A DNA stretch of 64,000 nt from positions 146,264-210,263 of the IMG/VR virus record IMGVR_UViG_3300038361_000164, one strand, 5' to 3'. A model generated the notes under the pieces. It was given only the letters and a program-made list of their open reading frames with translations. It was not told the origin of the DNA and searched no databases. The position numbers and the translations under genes were made by a program. Shown here in pieces: positions 47,804-59,215 of the stretch (its first letter is position 1; every line of letters starts with the position of its first letter).

Positions 47804-49534
47804 GTGACCGATATTGGATTTAATAAAACTGTAGATTTTCTCTATGGAGACAACCAATCTGAAGTATTTCAGCCGTTGACTGCTAATATTGGATTAGAAA
47901 AAACCGCAGGATACTCTGAAGAACTGCAACAATATGTAAATTCTCTTAAACCAGCTTCTGGAAAAACATATGCGTTAGTAAACGCATTATCAGCTGGTGA
48001 ATACTTTGGTGAAAATCGAAACAGAGACTACTTTCCAGAAAAAGCTTTACAACAATATCACAAAACATTCGAAGCTTTAGGACATATATATGAGCATCAT
48101 GTAAATAAAGATCCTAGAAGAGCTCTTGGTAAAGTTTCATTTTCACATTATAATAATATGATGAAAAGAGTTGAACTTATATTAGAACTTATCGAATCCA
48201 AAGCACAACATATAATTAAAAGATTACACGCAGGCGAGTTGCCGGCGGTTAGTATGGGCTGCAGAGTTCCTTTTGATGTGTGTTCCATATGCGGAAATAA
48301 GGCGAAAACACGAGCACAGTATTGTCATCATTTAACAAAAAAGATGGGACATGTGTATCCAAATGGGCAAAAAGTATATGCCATTAATACCATGCCTAAA
48401 TTTTTTGATATTAGTATCGTAACCATTCCTGCAGATAAAACAGCTAGTTTCATTTCAGAATTACTAACGAGCTCAGGATCTAGACGTTCAATACGGCTTA
48501 ATGATTTCAATCAAAGAGACAGTGCTGCCGTACGTTTACAAAAAGTAGCCGAACTTTCCAGCGTTGCAGATATAAAAAAGAAAATTGATGTAGAAGTTAC
48601 AGCAATTGATAAAGATCCTAAAAACTTAATTTTGGAATCTCAAAAACGTCTTTCAAAAGATCAGCTTGAGAAGTTATCAAAATTCCCCCTTAGTGCTACC
48701 TTATCCACAATGCTGGGATTGAGAATTGTTCCAACTAAAGAAGATTTTCAAAAATTAGCACTATATGCTTCTGGACATAAAAAATTAGCAATACAATTGG
48801 AAGAACAAAATATTGTATTTGACTCCGACGATGAGGCAAAAGATCTAACAGATGTCGGACTTAATAATTATAATAAAAAAATAGCAGAAGTGCTAAAAGA
48901 AGACATACCAAACATGTCTTTAACAAAACCCTTGATTGTTAAACGAGGAATTGCTTATATTCAAAAAACGGCCGTAGATAATTCTACTCCTTATACTACC
49001 GGACAAACAAAAGACAGAAGTTTGATTGGTAAAATGTTTTTTGGACAAAAAGAAGAACCAACTTTAACACCACATCGTAATCCCATAGTACCTCTTGGAA
49101 TTCTTGGAGCTCTGTATAAGGGATATGTGAAAATATTTAACAATAGTACAACTGGATTTAGGAAATTTTTACGAATCCATCCGTGGCTATTACCAGTGCT
49201 TGTGGGTGCCGGAACGGCAACATCCCTTGGAGCACAACAACTGGTTTTTAATAAAACAGCCGGCTGGGTAGACCGCTTTGTGGCTTCATCTCTATTAACT
49301 GTTCCTGCTTCATATTTTGCTGCAGGAGTACAAGAAGATAAAGCAATTAAAGGAAAACCAATCAGTCGTTTTGAAAATTTTGTTAGAAAACACCCATTAA
49401 TAATGGGAGTGACTTCAGCTGGAGTTATTGGAAAAGGAACTCATAAAGTTAAAAAACTATTTAAAACAGCTGAATTGATATCGAGAATGAGTCAAGAAAA
49501 CCTTGACATCATTTATAAAGAACTTATATATTAA
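47804..49534 (+). CDS. Prohead maturation protease with long C-terminal extension
   Basis: NRNRDYF, EHHVNKD, VSMGCRVPFDVCSICG, FFDISIVTIPAD (HK97/assemblin-like His and Ser motifs with Zn-finger insert). Confidence 0.75.
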   Translation: MTDIGFNKTVDFLYGDNQSEVFQPLTANIGLEKTAGYSEELQQYVNSLKPASGKTYALVNALSAGEYFGENRNRDYFPEKALQQYHKTFEALGHIYEHHVNKDPRRALGKVSFSHYNNMMKRVELILELIESKAQHIIKRLHAGELPAVSMGCRVPFDVCSICGNKAKTRAQYCHHLTKKMGHVYPNGQKVYAINTMPKFFDISIVTIPADKTASFISELLTSSGSRRSIRLNDFNQRDSAAVRLQKVAELSSVADIKKKIDVEVTAIDKDPKNLILESQKRLSKDQLEKLSKFPLSATLSTMLGLRIVPTKEDFQKLALYASGHKKLAIQLEEQNIVFDSDDEAKDLTDVGLNNYNKKIAEVLKEDIPNMSLTKPLIVKRGIAYIQKTAVDNSTPYTTGQTKDRSLIGKMFFGQKEEPTLTPHRNPIVPLGILGALYKGYVKIFNNSTTGFRKFLRIHPWLLPVLVGAGTATSLGAQQLVFNKTAGWVDRFVASSLLTVPASYFAAGVQEDKAIKGKPISRFENFVRKHPLIMGVTSAGVIGKGTHKVKKLFKTAELISRMSQENLDIIYKELIY

Positions 49535-49556
49535 ACACAACGGGAGGTAAAACCGA

Positions 49557-50682
49557 ATGGCTAAGAACCAAGAATGGTCTGTCGACACAATTGTTAGTGA
49601 ATTAGAAAGCACTATTGAAAAGGATGCCGGCGCAAAAATGATCGAAAATGTGTTAAACGATGTTCCTGAAGAAAAAGTTGAAGAAAAGACAGCTGAAGAG
49701 GTAACTGAAGAAGTAACTGAAGAAGTAACTGAAGAAGTTAAAGAAAAAGTTGCCGAAGAAGTGACTGAAGAAGTTGTAGAAAAGACAGCTGAAACTCTTG
49801 AATTAGAGAAAGAAGCACAACGTTGGGAAGATGGTGGACGCATTTTTGCTAATAGTATGTTAGCAAGACTAAACGAACAAGCTACAGAAACAGTAGAAAA
49901 AGTTGCTGAGGAAGTTAATAACTCCGAAGAAGTGACTGAAGAAGTTGCTGTAGAACAATCTGAAATTTCCGAAAAGGTAGCAGAAGCTCTTGTCGGATTA
50001 ACTAAAACCTATTTAGAGGAGTAATATAACATGGGTGAACTATACGACACATGGAAAGAAATGAGCACAGAAAAGGTAGCAGAAGAAGAAGTAGCTATCG
50101 ATGATGGACAAGAAATTCTTGCTAAATTTGCTGAAACAGCTGACGTTCTTTTAGAAGAAGAATTTGGCGAAGATTACGATGCAAATGATGTTGAAAAACT
50201 AGCTGGATTATTAATTGAACATGCTCAAAACGAAGAATTGATGCAAGAAAAAATTGCAGAAATGGACGACTTTGCTGACATAGTAGCTGAAAAAGTTGCT
50301 GGTATGTTTGTAGAAGAATACGAAGAAGACTAGTAATTAGTAAATGGATTCTACTTTGAAGAAAAAAGCTCTCTTCGCTATAGGAGAGCTTAATAAACAG
50401 CTACACGAAGTTGAAGGTAAACTTCGCGACAAGACTGATGAATTGGAATTGCAAAAGCAAGCTCAATCATTAGCCTTTAACATGTTTAAAAAAGGTAGTA
50501 TAGCTGTTGAAGATTTAGAATCTACTATAAATGAGTATAGCACAAAGGGCCAGGAAGAGCTCGTTATTTTGGAAAAAGTAGCTGAGATAAGTTCTGGCCA
50601 GGGATATAAACTTGGTCGCGTAAGCGATCTAGACACATCTGGATTAGGCCAACCCTTATTGGATTGGATCATTTCAGATTAA
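49557..50682 (+). CDS. Acidic scaffolding-like proteins (49557-50024, 50031-50333, 50344-50682)
   Basis: EEVT repeats and EKTA/EKVA/EKIA motifs; located between protease and capsid genes. Confidence 0.6.
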
Positions 50683-50695
50683 TAGAGGAACATAG

Positions 50696-51145
50696 ATGTT
50701 AAAACTATTATCACATCTTACCCGCATAGAGAGAGTAGAAATGCTTCTAGATTCTCAGGGTTGGGTGTTAGCCTCAGGTGTTATAGGTTCATGGGTTTCT
50801 CCTGCAGGAGCTGGTTTAGTTAATAAACCACTCGCTGGTGATTTTGGCTGGCCAATATGGTCAGAAAGTGTTCGTGATAGCAATACAGCAGGATTCTCTC
50901 CTGATATTGCAGCTACGGGCAAAATCACTGTACTGTACGGAAAAGTACGTGCCTTAACAGATCAATTTACCGGGTCCCCAACTGTGGGAGCGGCGCTTTA
51001 TATCGCTGCAGATGGTACATTAAGCGTAACTTCAGCAGGTGATGCTGTTGTAGTTGCTTATTGCACAAAATCGGCCTATAACATAACAACATATTACAAT
51101 AAAGCAAGAAGCACTACTAGTGTTATCGAGTTTTATACTGTATAA
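50696..51145 (+). CDS. Capsid decoration/cement protein
   Basis: Directly upstream of the MCP; VGAALYIAADGTL...VVAYCT beta-rich pattern. Confidence 0.6.
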   Translation: MLKLLSHLTRIERVEMLLDSQGWVLASGVIGSWVSPAGAGLVNKPLAGDFGWPIWSESVRDSNTAGFSPDIAATGKITVLYGKVRALTDQFTGSPTVGAALYIAADGTLSVTSAGDAVVVAYCTKSAYNITTYYNKARSTTSVIEFYTV

Positions 51146-51160
51146 TTAGGAGGATAAATT

Positions 51161-52096
51161 ATGTACTCAGCAAATCAAATTAATGAGATGTTCGTACAGA
51201 AGCTAAACGCTCCTGACGGTATAGAGAAATTCGCAGCCGAAGGTGCAGCTTTTGTAAGACAAAAACTACGTGAAACAGCGTTTAGTCGTATGATTATAAA
51301 TCCACAATACGTTACTAAAGTTGATTTAACACGTTCAATCAATCACGACGGTTTAGTTAAAATCGTTGACATCGAACCAGAAAGCAAAGCTATGACTATT
51401 AACATGCGTGGTGAACCAGATTCACATTACGTTATGGGTGATAGATTTGAGATTCCTTTCCATGGAATTAGTTCAGAAGACTTCCAAAAAACTGAAGAAG
51501 AGTTGCTAGCTTACGAAATGCCTATTACAGACATCATCGAAAAGAACTCAGTACTTGATATTCAGAGAATTGAAGACGAAACATTCATGGCATTGGTCGA
51601 CGCTGCAATTGCAGTAGAAGAAGCTATTTCTGCAGGATCCAAAACAATTACAGGTACTTATGTATCTACAGGCGAAATTGGTTCCATCAAGAAGAGCGAT
51701 CTTAAGAGCTTATTTGACACGCTCGATGGTGACGAACTACGCTGTGATCTTTTACTTATGGACTCAACTATGTATAATCGCTTATTCCTATATAATGCGA
51801 CTACAGTAGGTGATGCAGTAGGATCAGAAGTTACAGTTAACGGATATACGTATAAGACCTTATTCGGTCGTAGAGTAATTGTTTCTAACAAGAAACTTAA
51901 CCAAGCAGGGTCTAACTTCTTGAACAACAAGATTTATGCCTTTACTTCTCAAGAATTCTTGGGTCAGTTCTGTATCTTAAACGATACTCAGTTCTGGATC
52001 GAAAAGAAGAAAAACATAATCTCTTGGGCAGCTTACGAGCATATTGGAATTGGTATCGGAAATACACGTTCTTGCTCAGTAATGAACTTGAGTTAA
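51161..52096 (+). CDS. Major capsid protein (HK97-fold, inferred)
   Basis: 311 aa, strong AGGAGG RBS, codon usage of a highly expressed gene, followed by a terminator, canonical position. Confidence 0.8.
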   Translation: MYSANQINEMFVQKLNAPDGIEKFAAEGAAFVRQKLRETAFSRMIINPQYVTKVDLTRSINHDGLVKIVDIEPESKAMTINMRGEPDSHYVMGDRFEIPFHGISSEDFQKTEEELLAYEMPITDIIEKNSVLDIQRIEDETFMALVDAAIAVEEAISAGSKTITGTYVSTGEIGSIKKSDLKSLFDTLDGDELRCDLLLMDSTMYNRLFLYNATTVGDAVGSEVTVNGYTYKTLFGRRVIVSNKKLNQAGSNFLNNKIYAFTSQEFLGQFCILNDTQFWIEKKKNIISWAAYEHIGIGIGNTRSCSVMNLS

Positions 52097-52115
52097 AATA
52101 CACCACAACACTAAA

Positions 52116-52146
52116 GAAAGGCCGGTTTTTTACTGGCCTTTTTTTT
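52116..52146 (+). terminator. Rho-independent terminator after the MCP gene
   Basis: AAGGCCGG...CTGGCCTT stem followed by a T run. Confidence 0.8.
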
Positions 52147-52191
52147 ACTTCTTCTTGACCAACCCACCCTACTTAACTATATTAAAGTATT

Positions 52192-52542
52192 GTGTTAGTA
52201 CTAAATGTTACATATAAAGCTAAAATAGAGGAAATTAGCCAAGATCCAGAAGTATTTCCAGTTGTAAAAGCTGGGTGCTGGGGATCAGAAACACTAACTT
52301 TTGCCTCTGACATAGCAGCACTAACTTTTGTACAAACACATTTTCGTGCCAAATTTGTTGAGGAGCTTGTTGCCACTACCATACTGAACCTCACTACTGC
52401 GTACCAATTAGTAGATGATAGTACCAAAAGCGCAATCTTGAGTAGTTTACTAACCCAGAATTTTGGCTTAGGAGATTTAACAGCAGGAAGTGCGACTGTA
52501 ACAGAACTAGGTTCAGGCGAGACCCAAATTAACAAAATATAG
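52192..52542 (+). CDS. Hypothetical virion protein
   Basis: ORF following the promoter at 52155. Confidence 0.5.
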   Translation: MLVLNVTYKAKIEEISQDPEVFPVVKAGCWGSETLTFASDIAALTFVQTHFRAKFVEELVATTILNLTTAYQLVDDSTKSAILSSLLTQNFGLGDLTAGSATVTELGSGETQINKI

Positions 52543-52551
52543 GAGTAAGCA

Positions 52552-52923
52552 ATGGCTACAACTACAGTTTATTTAAAACGACATGACTTGCGTCCAGCGT
52601 TAGACATGCAACTAAAAGATGGAGATGCTAACGCGCTCAATGTCAGCACAGCTATTGCTACCTCAGTGACCTTCATTATGAAAGATATAGCAACTGGCAC
52701 TGTTAAAGTTGAAGCCGCATGCACCTTACTTGAACCTACAGACATTACAAAAGCAAATGGATATGATGGAAGGGTACGCTATCAATGGCTCTCAGGTGAT
52801 ACGGATACTGCTGATACCTACTTAGGTGAGTTTGAAATTTTATATACAGATGGGCAAAAACTTACAGTTCCGACTGTTGATGTTTTAGCAATCGTGATCT
52901 TGGAGGACTTTAATAATGGCTAA
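52552..52923 (+). CDS. BppU N-terminal-like (Ig-like) virion domain protein
   Basis: LKRHDLRPAL...GRVRYQW..GDTDTA..YLGEFEI.Y.DG..LTVP. Confidence 0.65.
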   Translation: MATTTVYLKRHDLRPALDMQLKDGDANALNVSTAIATSVTFIMKDIATGTVKVEAACTLLEPTDITKANGYDGRVRYQWLSGDTDTADTYLGEFEILYTDGQKLTVPTVDVLAIVILEDFNNG

Positions 52924-53419
52924 TCCCACAACAACTGATCTACTAACCAATTTAATACCTTTTTCGGATGGCCTATGAGTAGCACGATTAAGAACGTACA
53001 TGAGAGATACAGCAGAATTAAATGTATTAGAGGGTGTGCAAGAGTCAACGGATATACAACTACACCATGCACTTTTGGACACAATAGATGATATTAATTA
53101 CGGCATGGATCCTCCACTATCTACTATATTTACTATATCTTCTTTAGCGTCAAATGATCTTCCATGGGTTTTAGTAAAAGACGGAGCTGCTTTAAAAGTA
53201 TTAACTTCGGCAGGAATTTTAAATTCCAGAAACACATTAACTTACAATGACGCTGGTGGTATAACTATCCGTGATATGGAAAAACACGGTCGATATATTA
53301 ATTATTATAATGTATTATACGGTAAACATATTCGTGGAGTTACAAATTTCAAACGTAGAAGAAATATTGCTGCCTGTTTTGGTGGCGTGTCTTCTGAGTA
53401 CGGAGATCTTGATTACTAG
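52916..53419 (+). CDS. Head-tail adaptor/neck protein (TGA=Trp at 52976)
   Basis: Extends the track ORF upstream to ATG 52916; position and YNDAGGITI motif. Confidence 0.55.
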
Positions 53420-54213
53420 TGTTAGTCTTAACTGAATTTTATGTCTCTACTTTTGCTAGAGACACTGCAACAGTTACATGGTCTTTTGAAAGCACTAATG
53501 AAACCATTAGTGGATATACTTTATCTTTATACAAATCTGAAGCCCCAAGCACTGTTCTAACTGATTATGATATAATTGCGTCAGGCATTACTGCTGATAA
53601 TTATACTTATACAGATGTATCTCTTTCAGGGTTATATTCAGATAACAGAAATTGGTATTACTTAGCATCCGTAATAAATACTTTAACAGGGGAAACAAAC
53701 ACACAACCAACCACTCCAGCGTATTTAAAAATAAATACCACTTCAACGAAGTTTAGTGAGATATTAAGAAGAAAAAATTTAGTACTCCAAAGATTTAGTG
53801 CTAGAGAAACTATTTATTTTGTAAAAAGACGCACATGGGGAACATTTTGTACAACTTGTTGGAATGCGACATTACAGCGAGTTTCAGAAGAAAATTGTGC
53901 GACTTGTTTTGGTACTGGATATGTGGGAGGTTATTTTTCACCCGTTTCAATATATGGAATGATAAATTCTGCTCCAAAATATAATCAAATAACAATGTTT
54001 GGACAATTTATGCCAAGCGATGCGATTATGTACATGACAAATTTTCCTGTAGTAACTCCACAAGATGTTATTGTAGATGCCATTAACCGTCGCTGATTAG
54101 TGAACGAAGTTAGACATTTAGAATTTAAAGGAAGAATTATAGAACAACAAGCACACTTAAGTAAACTTAGTATAGATGACATAACTTACACTATAAGCGG
54201 GTTAGGAAGCTAA
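53419..54213 (+). CDS. Neck/head-closure protein with FN3-like N-terminus and Cys motif (TGA=Trp at 54094)
   Basis: CTTCW...CATCFGTGYVGGY; frame continues RR(W)LVNEV to TAA at 54211. Confidence 0.6.
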
Positions 54214-54214
54214 T

Positions 54215-54682
54215 ATGGCTATTCTTTTAATAGAAGAACTAGATACTTTAAACAGTGGTCGTTTAAAAATTAACGGTAACTTTGTCGAAGTAAATGGGAA
54301 CATTACTAACCTTTCTGGAGTATATGCCACCATAACGACAACTGATACTTTAGACAATCGACTAGATGTAGTAGAAGATACTGCTGGTGATAACGCAATA
54401 GTACACGAAGTATTTACCTATTCAGGAGGAAACTCTACTCCATCAGGATTCGTTTGAAACACATTGACAGCAATAAGTCAGGGAAAAACATTAGATAATG
54501 GCTCTGTTCGTTTAATTGTAAATGGTGTAAACATGACATCTCATGCAGATCAAACAGACTATACTTTGCCAACAGATTTTTGAATTGGCGCCACTTCAAT
54601 AATATTAGCTAACGTAAGTGGCATATATGGCCTTACAGTAGAAGTAAGCGATATTATAGAAGCTTTTTATCAAACAGATTAA
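54215..54682 (+). CDS. Virion structural protein (2 TGA=Trp)
   Basis: DTLNSGRLKINGNF N-terminal motif typical of phage fibre/collar proteins; open to TAA at 54680. Confidence 0.55.
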
Positions 54683-54693
54683 TCATTTAAATT

Positions 54694-57600
54694 ATGCAAA
54701 ACATAAAAGGTGTTTTTGCTCATACAAGCTTTATAGGAAACTCTGGATATGCTTCACATGCCAGAAATTTTTTCACCAAACTAAATAAACATATCTCAGT
54801 AAAGATACGTAATTTTTCCATAGGAACTCATTGGGACGGAGTGTATAGAGCTGATCCTCATAAAGAGGAACCTTACCTTACAGACCAACATAGAGAAATG
54901 CTTGTCACACAAATTTGTATGAATGAGCCAGGAGAAATGATTGACCACGATCTGTATGGAGGCCCTCCCGATTTAACAAATTTTGTTAACATAATTCTTC
55001 ACGAAAGCCTACACCACAACTATTACCATGATTATAAAGGATTTAAGATAGCATATAATGTTTGGGAAAGCACTGAGCAATCTCCAGACTTTTTTGAAAA
55101 ACTCTTAGAATATGATCAATTATGGGTACCAACTCAATGGCAGCGGGATTGTAGCATAGCGCAAGGATACCCGGCTGAGCGTGTTTTTGTTGTACCAGAA
55201 GCAGTAGACAATGAGGTGTTTAACTTAACGCCAGTAGCACCATTAGAAGAGATGAAAAACAATCGTTTTAAGTTTATGATTTTTGGTCGTTGGGATCATA
55301 GAAAAGCTACTACAGAAATGATTAAAGCATTTTTGGAAGAGTTTTCAGCAGACGAACCTGTAGAACTTATCTGCTCTATAGATAATCCCTATCCCGTAGA
55401 TGGTTTTAAATCAACGCAAGAACGATTAAATCATTTTGGCTTTAACGACCCTCGTTTAAAAATAAAAAGCTTTATCAGTAGAGATGATTATATTAACTAC
55501 TTGAAGAATGGAAATGTTTTACTTACATGCTCTCGCGCGGAAGGTTGGAATTTGCCATTAATAGAGGCAATATCTTGTGGCACTCCGACTATATGTTCCA
55601 GCCACCCAGCTCAACTTGAGTTTGCCACTGATGTATCTTGCCAAGTTCGTACCAAAGAACAGCGTCCAATGAAGCCTTTTATGTTTGCCCCAGACGGCTC
55701 TGGTCTATGGGATGAGCCAGATTTTGAACATTTAAAGGAAGTTATGCGCGATGTATATAATGATTATAACAAATATAAAAAGAAAGCTATAAAAAATGCT
55801 ACAATAGTATCTAACAAATTTACATGGGAAAATGCAGCTGAAAAAGCTGTTACAATTTTAGAACAAATAGACAAAAATATGAATAATATACCTACATTAA
55901 AAAAAGAAAAGAAAGCTTATGTATTAAGCACAGATGAAAAATATTTACCATACGCTAAATTGTGTGTTGAGAGCTTGCTAATGTTTGATAACACAGATGT
56001 AATCGTATATGTAATTAACGCCGACAAAGAGCTTGACTGGGGCTGGTTAACACATCGAATAGATATTCGCCCAATTAAAACAGATTTTTCCTGGAACGTG
56101 GACGGACTACAAAATCCAGGTCATTACTATGCGCGAATTATCTCAGCTATAGATTGCCTAAAAAGAGACACACATCAAAGCTATATGTTTGTAGACGCAG
56201 ATATGATAGCGGGTAAAGATGTTTCCTATCTTTGGGAATACAAGAGCATGTTACAAGACTATCCATTATGTATTCAATATAATTCACCAAACTGGTATCA
56301 ATGGAGAGAAGTAGATGGTATTAAGTATAACGCAAGTTATGGAAAAGAAACCTCTGAAATTCTAAATGAAGGTATTCGTAAAAGTAACTCACACATAGCT
56401 GCAACCGGTTTTTTTCTATTTGATATTGAAAGTATGGAGTTTTTATCTGAAGTCTTAGATGTGTATAATACACAAAGACAAGGAATAACTTGGAATGTGA
56501 AAGATTCACATGGGAAAAATATATTTGTAGATGATAATGCTTTATCAGAGGAGCGAGTGTTAAACTATCTTATGTGGAAGTATAAGAGAAAAGCAGTTAT
56601 GCCTGTTACCTGGAATTTTCCAAAAGAATCTCCTATAAAAGATAGGTTTAATGATAAGCAATTGTTAGCATTAGATATGGGAAACTTTTCAGTAATGTAC
56701 GATATGAGTAATAATAAATTTTACGGAGCACATCCAGAACCTGGTGAAGGAAAAAATGTAGAGTATTCTAAAGATTTGTGGAAGAAATTTAATCCCAATC
56801 GTCGAAAGAATTTAATGATTGTAGCGCATCTTGATGATGAAACTATATTTGGTGCGGGCACTCTTTTAAAGAACCCTAAAGATTGGCACATTGAGTGCAT
56901 GACAGGTGCTGATGACAAACCACGTATGAATGAGTTTTATTCAGCGCTAGAGACACTTGGTATGGAAAGTACAGGCGTTTCTAATTACACAGATAGCTTA
57001 GAATATCCATTTCCAGAGGATGCAAAATATCACATTGAACATCTTTTAGCTGTCAATGACTACGAGATGGTGGTAACACATGGAGAAGAAGGTGAGTATG
57101 GTCACGTACAACATGTTAGTCTTCATAACATTGTTAAGGACTGTAATCCTAAGGGTTTACATTTTTTTGCGTTAGGAACAGAACCTCTCGATGCTGAAGT
57201 ATATAAAAAGAAACAAGAAGCTTTGGCTCACTATAAAAGCCAAGTAACTGATTTGCCAGGATTTCATAAGTATTTAAGATATGAAACAATTGTACCTGCC
57301 GGCACACAAAGCAAAAAGAAAAAGTTTGAGAAATCAGACTTCCTTAAAGATTTTAAACCGAAGGAAGCTGAAATTACGCCTTTTAAACAAATAACCATAA
57401 ACCATAATTTTATAAATGGCCCTTTTGTAGAAATACTTGGAGATGATCCAGCTCTTTTTTCTATAGAAATGAAAAACAATGACGTATTAATACATTCTAC
57501 ACAAATACATTCAAATCATTGGACTGTTGCAAATATAAAACATTATCAGGATTGGAATATCGAAATTAGTAAAGATGGCAAAATTATTGAAACACTATTG

Positions 57601-59214
57601 TTTGATGCAAAAAATAAAAACGTCTTTATTCACTTTGATAGTGCCGCTTTAGGAGATACAATAGCGTGGTTGCCCTACGTAGAAGAATTTGCGGAAAAAC
57701 ATGGCTGTAAAATGTATTGTTCCACTTTTCATAACAAGCTGTTTGCTGCAGAATATCCAAATATTACTTGGGTCGTTCCCGGAGCTACAGTTCAAAATTT
57801 GTATGCTTCTTATGAAATAGGGTATTTTGCAGATATAAGTAAACATCCAAATAATCCTAAGACTATTCCTTTACAGCAAATTGCTACAGATTTATTAGGA
57901 CTGGAATATCAAGAAAAGCGACCTAGAATTACTATATTAAAAAATAATAAACTTACGAGTAGTCCACATGTGTGTATAGGAGTACAATCTACAGCTCAGG
58001 CCAAGTATTGGAATTATTCAGGTGGTTGGGATTTGGTGGTTGATCACTTAAACTCTGTTGGATATAAGGTTTATGATATTGATCTTCATAAAGAATTTGG
58101 ACGCTATCCTCAACATATGAACGTTATTCCACAAAATGCAATCGATGTAACCGGTTCATATACATTATTAGAGCGTGCGGCGCAACTATCTCATGCTAAA
58201 TTTTTTGTGGGGCTTGGCTCAGGCCTTTCCTGGCTAGCGTGGGCTGTAGGCACACCTGTGATATTAATATCTGGGTTTAGTGCTCCTTTTACGGAATTTC
58301 AAAAAGGAGTTACACGTGTACACGAGGATAACGGCTGTCATAGTTGCTTTTCGAATCCAAAATATACTTTAGATAAGGACAACTGGGAATGGTGTCCAGA
58401 GAATTTAGATTTTGAATGCTCTAAAAGAATAACTCCTGAACGTATAATACGCACAGTTGATTATGAACGATTGGACAGAACACATTTGGAAGATGGAGGT
58501 GATTTTTGGCTAAGAGAGGAGCAATTGGAATACGCCAGTTATAACAAATGGTATACACCAAAAGATGGCGATGTGGTCGTAGATATAGGAGCCTCTATAG
58601 GTATATATCCTGCTTTAAATCTTCAAGGAATTGATTTAAAAGCCTGTTACTATATAGAGCCGCTATCTTATAACTTAGAGAGTTTGCGTAAAAATATACA
58701 GGAGTTTTTTCCTGATAATAAAAAGCACATTATTGAAGCCTCTGCGATAAGCACTGAAAATGGAGAAGAAATGATCGCAGGCGATTCAACGTGGTCTCCA
58801 GAACTTATGCGCTACAAAGACAATGATGCAGTTCCAGGAGAGATGGTGAAAACGATCACATTTTCACATTTTATTAACAAGTATCAGATTGAACGAATTG
58901 ACATGCTAAAAACAGACTGCGAAGGCGGCGAGTATGCTCTTTTCTTAGATGATAAGAACATGGAAATTTTACAAAAAACTACTAGAAATATGACAGGTGA
59001 GCTACATAAACACATTGAACCTTACTCAGGTGCTTTTATTGCGATGTTACTGCAATTGGATAAATATGGGTTTGAATACGATGTATTAAGTATAGATGGA
59101 TTTCCTATAAAAGAAAATCTTTTAAATAATGTCTTTTTAGAAGACAAGCAACTACATGCAATGGATTTTTATAGACAAGTAATATTCTTTGCGAAAAACA
59201 AAACACTTGCTTAA
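54694..59214 (+). CDS. Five-domain glycan-modifying enzyme: GT4 + GT-A (DxD) + PIG-L deacetylase + autotransporter-type (Aah/TibC-like) heptosyltransferase + FkbM methyltransferase
   Basis: SGYASH...RAEGWNLPLIEA; FVDADM; AHLDDE...HGEEGEYGHVQH; SAALGDTIAW...GSGLSWLAW...CHSC...C...C; VDIGASIG...KTDCEGGEY. Confidence 0.8.
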   Translation: MQNIKGVFAHTSFIGNSGYASHARNFFTKLNKHISVKIRNFSIGTHWDGVYRADPHKEEPYLTDQHREMLVTQICMNEPGEMIDHDLYGGPPDLTNFVNIILHESLHHNYYHDYKGFKIAYNVWESTEQSPDFFEKLLEYDQLWVPTQWQRDCSIAQGYPAERVFVVPEAVDNEVFNLTPVAPLEEMKNNRFKFMIFGRWDHRKATTEMIKAFLEEFSADEPVELICSIDNPYPVDGFKSTQERLNHFGFNDPRLKIKSFISRDDYINYLKNGNVLLTCSRAEGWNLPLIEAISCGTPTICSSHPAQLEFATDVSCQVRTKEQRPMKPFMFAPDGSGLWDEPDFEHLKEVMRDVYNDYNKYKKKAIKNATIVSNKFTWENAAEKAVTILEQIDKNMNNIPTLKKEKKAYVLSTDEKYLPYAKLCVESLLMFDNTDVIVYVINADKELDWGWLTHRIDIRPIKTDFSWNVDGLQNPGHYYARIISAIDCLKRDTHQSYMFVDADMIAGKDVSYLWEYKSMLQDYPLCIQYNSPNWYQWREVDGIKYNASYGKETSEILNEGIRKSNSHIAATGFFLFDIESMEFLSEVLDVYNTQRQGITWNVKDSHGKNIFVDDNALSEERVLNYLMWKYKRKAVMPVTWNFPKESPIKDRFNDKQLLALDMGNFSVMYDMSNNKFYGAHPEPGEGKNVEYSKDLWKKFNPNRRKNLMIVAHLDDETIFGAGTLLKNPKDWHIECMTGADDKPRMNEFYSALETLGMESTGVSNYTDSLEYPFPEDAKYHIEHLLAVNDYEMVVTHGEEGEYGHVQHVSLHNIVKDCNPKGLHFFALGTEPLDAEVYKKKQEALAHYKSQVTDLPGFHKYLRYETIVPAGTQSKKKKFEKSDFLKDFKPKEAEITPFKQITINHNFINGPFVEILGDDPALFSIEMKNNDVLIHSTQIHSNHWTVANIKHYQDWNIEISKDGKIIETLLFDAKNKNVFIHFDSAALGDTIAWLPYVEEFAEKHGCKMYCSTFHNKLFAAEYPNITWVVPGATVQNLYASYEIGYFADISKHPNNPKTIPLQQIATDLLGLEYQEKRPRITILKNNKLTSSPHVCIGVQSTAQAKYWNYSGGWDLVVDHLNSVGYKVYDIDLHKEFGRYPQHMNVIPQNAIDVTGSYTLLERAAQLSHAKFFVGLGSGLSWLAWAVGTPVILISGFSAPFTEFQKGVTRVHEDNGCHSCFSNPKYTLDKDNWEWCPENLDFECSKRITPERIIRTVDYERLDRTHLEDGGDFWLREEQLEYASYNKWYTPKDGDVVVDIGASIGIYPALNLQGIDLKACYYIEPLSYNLESLRKNIQEFFPDNKKHIIEASAISTENGEEMIAGDSTWSPELMRYKDNDAVPGEMVKTITFSHFINKYQIERIDMLKTDCEGGEYALFLDDKNMEILQKTTRNMTGELHKHIEPYSGAFIAMLLQLDKYGFEYDVLSIDGFPIKENLLNNVFLEDKQLHAMDFYRQVIFFAKNKTLA

Positions 59215-59215
59215 A

